The notes: generated by a model not told the origin, from the sequence alone. Positions 20,071 to 28,002 are shown, counted from the stretch's first letter. The stretch: 64,000 nt of DNA from an uncultured Bacilli bacterium (GCA_963931305.1 OZ006994.1:741444-805443); one strand, 5' to 3'. Program-made: numbers and translations.

Positions 20071-20157
20071 TTCATTTCCCAATCATACATCACTGGTCGT
20101 ATCACAATGTATATTTTTTTCTTCTTTTTCAATATAATTCTAAAAACTGTCCGTTAT

Positions 20158-21624
20158 TCAGCCGATTATAAACGGATTCCCTTTCGTTCCATCTCCTCCT
20201 GTTATTTCGATATCTGATTTCAAATAGAGAACTGGACGCACCCCATTAAGGCCGCCAGTGTGCGCACGGTCGCCACCGAACCCGCCAACGCCCTGATCGA
20301 AAACCGCATACCAGACAAGGTACGAGCGGGCACCAGACTCCGCAGAAAACTCATTCATTGTCCAATAACTTATTTCTTCATTAAAAGTTGTTAAATATGA
20401 CCCACATGTTTCTCTTGGTGTATTTCCTCTTATTGCATTATATTCATCTGTTGCTGATGTACAGGCAATATTCGTACTTGCTCTCAGTAAATCACTGACA
20501 TTCACAAGTCCTACATTTCCTGTCCACTGGTACATCTTTTCTCCTGCGATATTCTTTTGGATACTATCATTTCCACTTACATCTAAGAACTGTACACTTC
20601 CGATATTAAATGCATGGCTTTGTACTTGTGTTTTTGCTGTTCCATCTAATGTTGGATAGTATGTATTATTTAGATATTCTTTGATACTGGAATCCTCTGT
20701 TACTGTTCCACTATACTTTCCATCTGGTGTTTGAAATGTTCCACTTACTGCTGCGAAGACTCCACAGCCTCTGCTTGGACTTGTACAATATGTATTATTT
20801 TCTGTTAAACGATGATTTGATACATCGTATGCCATAGGCGTATAATTAGCATTCTGTGGTAATATCTCATCTCTGATGATTTTATATGTTCCATCTGTTT
20901 CTTTAGCGATGATTCTCCATAATTCATTATTGAATTGAATGTAATTGTTTGGTTCGCTTCCACGATAGATATATCGTCCTGCTTCATATTGGTCTTCATA
21001 GAGTCCATCTCCAGAAGTAACTACTTCTACTCCTTGTCCTCCTATATCTACTCCATCACTTGGAAGTGGTCCTACTGGTACTCCATCATCACTTTGTTCA
21101 TATGTTAATGTGATTTCTATTTCTTTTTGCATGTTTGTTTCACTGAAATCTACATTCTCATCCCAATACACTTTTACTTGAAATGTTTTATCTTCTCCTG
21201 CAAGCAGTGGATCTCCTACCCTGATGTTTTCAACACTCACTTTAATTGCTTTTGGATCTTTATTATTGTTTTCACTTACTCCATCAATACCAGATAATAC
21301 TGCATCCAAGTCTCCTTGGTTTTCTACAACGACATCATATGTCGCACTTGCTCCTGGTTGTGTTAGATTGACATCTAATGTTAATGTTGTAAGATCTGTG
21401 ATTTCTTTTCTTGTTGTAGTCGCATTGTTCATTTCTTTTTCTTCTGCACTCGTAAACAATATTTTCCAATTAGATGTAATCTGGGCTGTTCCATTGATAT
21501 CTAATTGTTGACTTAATACTGCATATCCAATTCCTATCATTAGAAACATAGCAATACATAGACTACCAACTAGAAAATATTTCTTATGTTCTGAATTCAT
21601 TCTCTTTCTTTCTACTTTTCTCAT
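20158..21624 (-). CDS. Exported/anchored surface protein with a C-terminal DUF1566/lectin-like module that carries a compositionally aberrant segment
   Basis: AAGGAG SD precedes the ATG at 21624. It has an N-terminal basic region plus TM/signal segment. The central motif is GDGLYEDQYEAGRYIYRGSEPNNYIQFNNELWRII. The C-terminus reads YWTMNEF...VWYAVFDQGVGGFGGDRAHTGGLNGVRPVLYL. The present stop codon lies in the IS end. Confidence 0.6.
   Translation of the reverse strand: MRKVERKRMNSEHKKYFLVGSLCIAMFLMIGIGYAVLSQQLDINGTAQITSNWKILFTSAEEKEMNNATTTRKEITDLTTLTLDVNLTQPGASATYDVVVENQGDLDAVLSGIDGVSENNNKDPKAIKVSVENIRVGDPLLAGEDKTFQVKVYWDENVDFSETNMQKEIEITLTYEQSDDGVPVGPLPSDGVDIGGQGVEVVTSGDGLYEDQYEAGRYIYRGSEPNNYIQFNNELWRIIAKETDGTYKIIRDEILPQNANYTPMAYDVSNHRLTENNTYCTSPSRGCGVFAAVSGTFQTPDGKYSGTVTEDSSIKEYLNNTYYPTLDGTAKTQVQSHAFNIGSVQFLDVSGNDSIQKNIAGEKMYQWTGNVGLVNVSDLLRASTNIACTSATDEYNAIRGNTPRETCGSYLTTFNEEISYWTMNEFSAESGARSYLVWYAVFDQGVGGFGGDRAHTGGLNGVRPVLYLKSDIEITGGDGTKGNPFIIG
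20162..20170. repeat. Right copy of the 9-bp target-site duplication CCGATTATA
   Basis: See the feature at 18662-18670. This copy encodes the last residues (I-I-G) of the adjacent gene. Confidence 0.8.
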
Positions 21625-21728
21625 ATACTACTCCTTACCTTTCTTTCATCTTATCACAATTATTCGTTGATTTATATAGGTTTTCTAGGTGTTTTACACG
21701 ACATTTTTTTACTTTATTTGCTAAGTGC

Positions 21729-21763
21729 AAAAAAGTTGCTTCCACTACGAAAACAACTTTTTA
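21729..21763 (-). terminator. Intrinsic terminator inside the 5' leader of the surface-protein gene
   Basis: The minus-strand RNA reads GUUGUUUUC-GUAGU-GGAAGCAAC, a 9-bp stem that includes two G-U pairs, followed by UUUUUU. It lies about 105 nt upstream of the gene start. Confidence 0.6.
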
Positions 21764-21794
21764 AATCTTTTGAAATAAATTAAATCGTTAAAAT

Positions 21795-21929
21795 AGTATG
21801 AGAAATATAGGGTATGATTACTTAAATCCCCCCCCATGGTAGCGTTTGGTTAACACAAGCTTTATTTCTCATATCTATCACCTAGTCTCCTACTGTTTAC
21901 ATTTTATCACATTTTTTATAAATTTAAAA
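21795..21929 (-). promoter_or_regulatory. Conserved promoter plus leader element, copy A (the second copy is at 49125-49245)
   Basis: The -35 TTTTAA (21924-21929) and -10 TAAAAT (21901-21906) have 17-nt spacing. A conserved AGTAGGAGACTAGGTGA box follows, then a 16-codon sORF, a G8 tract, and an enclosing helix formed by 21863-21873 with 21797-21807. Confidence 0.55.
21822..21872 (-). CDS. Candidate leader sORF encoding MRNKACVNQTLPWGGI
   Basis: An AGGTGA SD lies 5 nt upstream of the ATG. The reading frame and the LPWGG C-terminus are shared with copy B despite synonymous differences (CTA/TTA). Confidence 0.4.
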   Translation of the reverse strand: MRNKACVNQTLPWGGI

Positions 21930-22076
21930 GGAATTTGATATTCCTTTACAGTTATATGAAAAAACACCTAGCATAAGCTAAGTGATCATCATTGAAATGG
22001 ACACTTAGTAAGCATCCCTCTTTCATTATATGATAATAATATATAATTGTAAATAAAAAGAATACGTTTTGTATTC

Positions 22077-22292
22077 TTATTTTTGATTTATTTTATCTTC
22101 ATAAGCCTCGTAAAATATTGCATCTGGCTTTTTGTGAAATATTGCCGAAATCTTTACTGCCATTTCATAAGTTAGTCTTCTTTTCCCATTTTCAATTTGA
22201 CAGTAAAATGGTTTACTGATTCCAAGTTTTTCTGCCATGACACGAGCTGTTAATTTCTTTTTCTTTCTTAATTCTTTTAATTTTAGGTACAT
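22077..22292 (-). CDS. XRE-family helix-turn-helix transcriptional regulator (about 71 aa)
   Basis: The likely start is the ATG at 22292. The classic HTH_3 pattern is LKELRKKKKLTARVMAEKLGISKPFYCQIENGKR. Confidence 0.8.
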   Translation of the reverse strand: MYLKLKELRKKKKLTARVMAEKLGISKPFYCQIENGKRRLTYEMAVKISAIFHKKPDAIFYEAYEDKINQK

Positions 22293-22427
22293 ACTACTTC
22301 TCTCCCTTACAAGCTCATTATAACATATTTCACACAAAAAGTCTACTATTAGTGTACTGTAATTGTATGCTAATTATGAGAAAATTATCTTGTAGTACTT
22401 GGAAAATTTTACCATTTGGAGGATGTT

Positions 22428-22673
22428 ATGATGACAAATATGGATATGGTGAGTCAATATGCAGTATTTAGTAACAATATTCGTACTTACCGTAAAGAAA
22501 AAGGGTTTACGCAAGAAGTACTAGCTGAGAAATCTGAATTATCTATTTCTTATATTAAGCAAATTGAATCATGTAAGGAATATAAAAATTTGACATTGAC
22601 GGCAATTTTAAAATTGTCAAAAGCTTTGGATGTTCCTGTGAATCAGTTATTTTACGAAAAAAAGGAGAATTAA
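22428..22673 (+). CDS. XRE-family helix-turn-helix transcriptional regulator (about 81 aa), divergent from the previous one
   Basis: A GGAGG SD precedes the ATG at 22428. The HTH_3 pattern is IRTYRKEKGFTQEVLAEKSELSISYIKQIE. Confidence 0.8.
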   Translation: MMTNMDMVSQYAVFSNNIRTYRKEKGFTQEVLAEKSELSISYIKQIESCKEYKNLTLTAILKLSKALDVPVNQLFYEKKEN

Positions 22674-22682
22674 ATTCTCCTT

Positions 22683-23399
22683 TTATTGTGCGACATTATG
22701 GTAGATGTGATTTACATCTTCACATTCATCTAAAAGATGAATTGCTCTTTCAAATGTTTCTTTATCTTCTCCTGATAATGTTACTTTTTCTTTTGGTAAC
22801 CATGTAATTTCATCTACTTCAAATTCAATCTTTGGATCTACTTTATGAATTGCTTCTTTCATCGCAAATAAATCTTGAGGATCCGCATATGCCATAATCA
22901 TGCCATCATGATCTTCCATATCTTTGACATCAACATCATTTTCAATAAATGCATCCATTGCTTGTTCTTCGTCTAATCCTTTAAAACCAATAATCGATAA
23001 ATTTTCATACATATACATAACACTACCAATGGCTCCCATTTTAATATGACATTTATTTACGACTGCACGTACAGCACTCACTGAACGGTTCACATTGTCA
23101 GTTAAACATTCTACGATAATGGTAGATCCACTTGGTCCAAATAATTCATAACGAACTGTTTGATATGCTTCATCTACTCCACTATTTACTTTATCGATTG
23201 CTCTTTTAATAATATCATTTGGCACTTGTTCTTTATGTGCTCGTTCTACTAAACGTTTTAAGACACTATTACTTTCTAATTCTACGCCACCAGATTTGGC
23301 TGCTTGATAAATTTCACGTGCATACATTGAATATAATTTTGCCTTGGCAGCTCCTGTTTTTTGAATACTTGCTTTTCTTACTTCATAAGCTCTTCCCAT
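22683..23399 (-). CDS. YebC/PmpR-family DNA-binding transcriptional regulator
   Basis: The N-terminus MGRAYEVRKASIQKTGAAKAKLYS and the overall length are typical of the family. Confidence 0.9.
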   Translation of the reverse strand: MGRAYEVRKASIQKTGAAKAKLYSMYAREIYQAAKSGGVELESNSVLKRLVERAHKEQVPNDIIKRAIDKVNSGVDEAYQTVRYELFGPSGSTIIVECLTDNVNRSVSAVRAVVNKCHIKMGAIGSVMYMYENLSIIGFKGLDEEQAMDAFIENDVDVKDMEDHDGMIMAYADPQDLFAMKEAIHKVDPKIEFEVDEITWLPKEKVTLSGEDKETFERAIHLLDECEDVNHIYHNVAQ

Positions 23400-23461
23400 G
23401 TTCTCACCTTTTTCCTTTAAGCCTATTATATTTTACTTGAATTTTTATATTTTTTCAACAG

Positions 23462-24124
23462 TTATTTTGTAACCGATTTAGAAAGCGCATCTTTTGCTGC
23501 TAAATTTTCTGCTTCTTTCTTAGAATGTGCAGTTCCTTCTCCATATACAATATCATCTATTTTCACAACGACAGTAAATGTTTTGTTATGTGCAGGACCT
23601 GTTTCATCTGTTACTACATATTGTAAAGAACGTTTATCTGTCTGTACTTGTTCTTGTAATATGGATTTATAATCATCAAAGAAATCCAATGATTGATCTT
23701 CCATAATTGGAACAATATATGTTTCCATGAAATGAGCAACTTCTGGATATCCTTTATCTAAATAAAGTGCTCCTAAAAAGCTTTCGAAAATATCAGCAAC
23801 AATTGCTTTGCGATACATACCTCCATTTTCTAATTCTCCTTTTCCTAGTCTTAAGTCTTCGTTTAAACCAAGACGTGTAGAATATTCAAATAAGGCATTT
23901 TCACAAACTAAATGGCTTCTTTTTTTTGTCATTTCTCCTTCTTCCATATCTTTCTTATGATATAGATAGTTACTAACAAAAAGTTCTAATACTGCATCTC
24001 CTAAATATTCTAATCTTTCATAACTTTCTGTATTCATTTCATTGGCGTATGATGTATGTGTAAATGCTGTTTCATAAAGTTCTGGATGATTTGTTTGAAT
24101 TTTTAATTTTGCTAAGCTTTTCAT
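23462..24124 (-). CDS. rnc: Ribonuclease III
   Basis: It has the signature ERLEYLGDAVLE and a C-terminal dsRBD (GPAHNKTFTV...GEGTAHSKKEAE). Confidence 0.9.
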   Translation of the reverse strand: MKSLAKLKIQTNHPELYETAFTHTSYANEMNTESYERLEYLGDAVLELFVSNYLYHKKDMEEGEMTKKRSHLVCENALFEYSTRLGLNEDLRLGKGELENGGMYRKAIVADIFESFLGALYLDKGYPEVAHFMETYIVPIMEDQSLDFFDDYKSILQEQVQTDKRSLQYVVTDETGPAHNKTFTVVVKIDDIVYGEGTAHSKKEAENLAAKDALSKSVTK

Positions 24125-24263
24125 TTTATCACCATATCCATTGTATCACAACTATTACCTAGGCCCAACTTTTTTTGCCTCTTTTTTTATTTTCTTCATA
24201 TCTATCTTCTTTAGATGATATGCTTGTTTACATTAAAGCCAGATTCTAGTATAATGGGGATGT

Positions 24264-24488
24264 ATGAAAAAAATAATAATACGTATGATTTCAATTTATC
24301 AAAGTATGCCTCTATCTAGTCATGGACGTTGTAAATTTGTTCCTACTTGTAGTAATTATATGAAAGAAGCAATTACAACCTATGGTGTTTTAAAAGGTGG
24401 ATGGTTAGGTATAAAAAGAATTATGAGATGTAATCCTTGGAATGCAGGAGGATATGATCCAGTACCACCAAAAGGAGTGAAAAAATGA
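24264..24488 (+). CDS. yidD: Membrane protein insertion efficiency factor YidD
   Basis: It has the conserved [10 protein letters not shown] and RCNPW motifs. Confidence 0.85.
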   Translation: MKKIIIRMISIYQSMPLSSHGRCKFVPTCSNYMKEAITTYGVLKGGWLGIKRIMRCNPWNAGGYDPVPPKGVKK

Positions 24489-25357
24489 AGAAGAAATTAA
24501 TACTTAGTTTTTGTTTATTATTTGGTGTTTCTCTTTTTACTGGTTGTTTTAAAAGAGATAACTTAGAAAATATTCAAATTACTACTACTTCCTATCCAAT
24601 TCAATATATTACAGAACGATTATATGGAGAATATAGTACAATTGATAGTATTTATCCTATGGGTGTAAATATTCAAAATTATGAATTAAATAAAAAACAA
24701 ATTAAAGACTTTAGTAAATCTAGTATTTATATATTTAATGGTTTATCAAAAGAAAAAGATTATATAATTCAAATGTTTGACTATAATAAAAATATTAAAA
24801 TTATTGATACTTCTATGAGTATGGAATATTCTAATGAGGTAGAAGAATTATGGTTAGACCCATCTAATTTTTTAATGTTAGCCCAAAATATTAAGAATGG
24901 ATTACAAGAATATATCGATGATACTTATTTAAAAAAACAAATTGAAGATAAATACGAAGAATTAAAAGTAGATGTTTCTAATATTGATGCTAGTATTAAA
25001 TTAGCTGCAGAAAGTGGTTCTAATCAAACCATTGTAGTAGCAAATGACTTATTTAAATTCTTAGAAAAATATGGATATATTGTGATTTCCCTAGAAGAAA
25101 ATAATAATTTAACTGATAAAATAGTAGCCGATGTAAAACAAATGATAGAAAATGATCAGATTGATTATATTTTCTTAAAAGAAAATGAAGATGCGAATGG
25201 AACAATTCAAAGGCTAATGAAACAAACTGGAGTTGAAACATTAACATTAAAAACATTATCTAATATTACAGAAGAAGAAAGTGAAAACAACCAAGATTAT
25301 ATTTCTATTATGAATCAAAATATTGAAACATTGAAGCAAGAATTATATGATGAATAA
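24485..25357 (+). CDS. Lipoprotein with a ZnuA/TroA-like solute-binding fold; the whole protein contains no histidine
   Basis: The lipobox is LFTGC. Blocks resemble cluster-9 solute-binding proteins ([34 protein letters not shown]), but the usual His ligands are replaced. The start overlaps the yidD stop (ATGA). Confidence 0.5.
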   Translation: MKKKLILSFCLLFGVSLFTGCFKRDNLENIQITTTSYPIQYITERLYGEYSTIDSIYPMGVNIQNYELNKKQIKDFSKSSIYIFNGLSKEKDYIIQMFDYNKNIKIIDTSMSMEYSNEVEELWLDPSNFLMLAQNIKNGLQEYIDDTYLKKQIEDKYEELKVDVSNIDASIKLAAESGSNQTIVVANDLFKFLEKYGYIVISLEENNNLTDKIVADVKQMIENDQIDYIFLKENEDANGTIQRLMKQTGVETLTLKTLSNITEEESENNQDYISIMNQNIETLKQELYDE

Positions 25358-25420
25358 TATTGACTTATCAAACATATTATGGTAAAGTTAATTGCAGAGC
25401 TTTTATTAAGGAGGAATATT

Positions 25421-25594
25421 ATGGCAAGAAAAGTAACAGCTAAAAAGCCATTATTTGGAAACGCTAGAAGTCATGCCTTAAATGCAACTAGAAAAAAACA
25501 AGGAGTTAATTTACAAAAAGTAACAATTAACGGAAAATCAGTTCGTGTGAGTGCAAGAGAACTTAGAAGTTTGAAAAAAATGGCAAATAATTAA
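25421..25594 (+). CDS. rpmB: 50S ribosomal protein L28
   Basis: A GGAGG SD precedes the ATG at 25421. The protein begins [26 protein letters not shown]. Confidence 0.9.
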   Translation: MARKVTAKKPLFGNARSHALNATRKKQGVNLQKVTINGKSVRVSARELRSLKKMANN

Positions 25595-25600
25595 TATAGA

Positions 25601-25627
25601 AAAAGAGAATCAAATCGATTCTCTTTT
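25601..25627. terminator. Bidirectional terminator between rpmB (plus) and the rnfD-like gene (minus)
   Basis: An 8-bp stem (AGAGAATC / GATTCTCT) is flanked by an A-run and a T-run. Confidence 0.6.
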
Positions 25628-26731
25628 TTGATATATATCTATTCCCTGCTCTACCTGATACTTTGTTCCAATGAAAATACCGAGTGCTAGGATACATATC
25701 CAAATACATATAAAAATAGGAATGCTTTTTTCAAAGTGAAATCTAGCAATCGATCCAATATCATCTAACTTCATACTAAACAAGCTCATTAGAAAAATAC
25801 TGATTAGAACGCTTTCGTTACATCCTACAAAATAACGTAATATAATTGTGATAATACCCAAACATAAACCATATAAAACTTTCCCTGCTGTAGTGGTTGG
25901 AGTCGACATTGGGTCAGTTGCTAAGAAAACAGCACCGAATAACAAGCCACCACTTATAATTTGATAGATTGGATACCAATATCCAAACTTTGAAAACAAT
26001 CCAATAAATGCACTCATGCCAAATACTGTTAAGATATAAGTAATTGTAATTTCCCATTTAATTGCTTTTTTATAACATAAATATAAAAATGCGAAAATAA
26101 GTAAAATAGAACAAGTCGTACCAAGTCCTCCAGGTACACTTCCTAATATAAAATCTAATATTCTTCCATATGGTTGTACTAATACTTGATAACCACTTAA
26201 CTGATTATTAGTAATCATTGTCTGTTCTTTTATATCTATCAGTTGTTTTTGTTCATAAGCATTATAATATAGATTTCCTTGTGAAAATAACATATTACTC
26301 AATAAAATTAATAAGATACCTATTACTATTGGATTGATATATTTTTTTAATGGTTCACAGTTTTCTAACACCATCATAATAAAGCTAATAATTACTACCC
26401 AATAAAGTGGTGTTTGAATTGGTAATAATAAAGAGAATATAAAACTAATATTAAGAATGTTTAACCATTGGTATAGATTCATTTTTTCTTTTTTTATTTT
26501 TTGAATGATATAATGTGTTATGATACTTGTTATAACAGTTGCAAGAATTAGGATGATTGGTAAACACATTTCTTGAAACGTCATGTTTTGATTCAGGTAT
26601 GGATAGATTCCATTTTTTATCCAAGCAAATAAGACTAGAGGAATGAGCGCAATAAAAAGATAAAGAGATAAATGTCTAGCTTTGACTTGATTTTTTACAA
26701 ATGGTCCATCTTTTAATATAAAGGCTTTCAT
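25610..26731 (-). CDS. rnfD: RnfD/NqrB-family membrane subunit-like protein
   Basis: It is a polytopic membrane protein with the family block FLATDPMSTPTT and the GGLGTTCSILL region. I could not find the usual SGAT-type FMN attachment motif. Confidence 0.65.
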   Translation of the reverse strand: MKAFILKDGPFVKNQVKARHLSLYLFIALIPLVLFAWIKNGIYPYLNQNMTFQEMCLPIILILATVITSIITHYIIQKIKKEKMNLYQWLNILNISFIFSLLLPIQTPLYWVVIISFIMMVLENCEPLKKYINPIVIGILLILLSNMLFSQGNLYYNAYEQKQLIDIKEQTMITNNQLSGYQVLVQPYGRILDFILGSVPGGLGTTCSILLIFAFLYLCYKKAIKWEITITYILTVFGMSAFIGLFSKFGYWYPIYQIISGGLLFGAVFLATDPMSTPTTTAGKVLYGLCLGIITIILRYFVGCNESVLISIFLMSLFSMKLDDIGSIARFHFEKSIPIFICIWICILALGIFIGTKYQVEQGIDIYQKRESI

Positions 26732-28002
26732 TTTTCTTCCTCCCTTAATCGCTGTTTAGCAAGTGCAATTTGTTTTCTAACATTTCGATTAGAAGGACAA
26801 ATATAAGAACATAATCCACACCCAATACAACGTTCTACTTCTAATTGCTTTAGTTTTTTTAAATCTTTTTTACGATAAGCTTTATCTATTCCTGTTGGAT
26901 TTAATTTAGCAGGACATACAGTTGCACATTTACCGCAACGAATACACGGTAAAATGGGCTCTTCTTTTTCGTATGGAAGTGCTAGAACACAATTTACTTC
27001 TGGAGATAGTGCAAGATTATCGTTCGTTAACCCGCTTCCCATGAATGGACCACCTGCAACGAGTTGTACTTCTTCTACTGATTGATATCCAATACAAGAA
27101 GCAATGACATCTTTTGCTAAAGTTCCAATTTTTATTCTTACATTACATGGTTTTTTTAATCCATCTCCTGCAAAGGTAACAACACGTTCTATCATTGGTT
27201 TATGATATTTTAAAGCTTCATAAATAGCAAAGATAGTTGAAACATTATTCACTACAATTCCCTTTTCTACAGGGATATCATTATAATTCGTATGACATAG
27301 TTCTCTTACTAAATTACGCTCCCATCCCATTGGATAAATATTTGGTACAACTTTTACTTTAATATTTAAATAAGTTCCAATAAATTTATTTAGTTTATGA
27401 ATTAATTCTGTATTAGATTTTGATACAGCAATCATAGCACAATCAATATGATTTATTTCCATAATCGCATCTACTGTTTCTAATATCTCTTCACATTTTT
27501 CCATCATGAGTGCGGTATCAGATGTAATATAAGGTTCACATTCCACTGCATTTACAATTAACGTATGAATTTTTTTATCTGTATTATATTTAATATATGT
27601 TGGAAATCCTTTACCACCTAATCCAACAACTCCCATATCTAAAATAGTTTCTAAAAAAGATTCTTTTGTATATTGAGTTAATTTCTTTTTCGTTAATGGT
27701 TCTATATAATTTTCTTTTCCATCATTTTCTATTTTTACACAACGTACCATTTCTCCTGTTACGTATAATTTTTTTACAATTCCTACAACATGCCCTGACA
27801 CACTTGAATGAATTGGTACTTTATTAATTCCTTTTCTTTTACCAAGAACAGTACCAATTGCAACATAGTCACCTTTTTTTACAAAAGTAGTAACATTATC
27901 ATCTTTGCCACTTGCAAGAGGAATATAAACATATTTTGGTGTTAAATATTCTGTAATTGTAACATTTGACATTTTTCTTAAATCAGATAGTTTATATCCC
28001 AT
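26728..28002 (-). CDS. rnfC: RnfC-like subunit (NADH-binding, 2x[4Fe-4S])
   Basis: It has an N-terminal barrel-sandwich region (IHSSVSGHVVGI), the GLGGKGFPT block, and two ferredoxin motifs (CIRCGKCATVCP and CIGCGLCSYICP). Confidence 0.75.
   Translation of the reverse strand: MGYKLSDLRKMSNVTITEYLTPKYVYIPLASGKDDNVTTFVKKGDYVAIGTVLGKRKGINKVPIHSSVSGHVVGIVKKLYVTGEMVRCVKIENDGKENYIEPLTKKKLTQYTKESFLETILDMGVVGLGGKGFPTYIKYNTDKKIHTLIVNAVECEPYITSDTALMMEKCEEILETVDAIMEINHIDCAMIAVSKSNTELIHKLNKFIGTYLNIKVKVVPNIYPMGWERNLVRELCHTNYNDIPVEKGIVVNNVSTIFAIYEALKYHKPMIERVVTFAGDGLKKPCNVRIKIGTLAKDVIASCIGYQSVEEVQLVAGGPFMGSGLTNDNLALSPEVNCVLALPYEKEEPILPCIRCGKCATVCPAKLNPTGIDKAYRKKDLKKLKQLEVERCIGCGLCSYICPSNRNVRKQIALAKQRLREEEK

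Larger units (their letters stand above)
18671..20161 (+). mobile_element. Intact IS element (1491 bp) with an IS4-family-like DDE transposase
   Basis: It has imperfect terminal inverted repeats of about 24 bp: CTTATAACCGGACAGTTTTTGAAAT on the left, and CTGAATAACGGACAGTTTTTAGAAT for the right end in reverse complement. It is flanked by a 9-bp direct repeat, has a single transposase ORF and has its own terminator. Confidence 0.8.

Noticed and set aside
21822-21872. The LPWGG sORFs read as double-glycine-leader bacteriocin or pheromone precursors.
   Set aside because: Only 1-3 residues follow the GG. The upstream part lacks the L..EL..I consensus seen in the genuine peptides at 59354-59655. 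The sORFs sit inside 5' leaders of larger genes, so a cis-acting leader peptide is more plausible.
18600-22700. A complete diversity-generating retroelement cassette (RT, Avd, template repeat) next to the A-depleted segment.
   Set aside because: No reverse-transcriptase-like ORF (YxDD motif) exists in the window, and no second copy of the 107-nt segment is visible. Only the candidate variable region can be reported.
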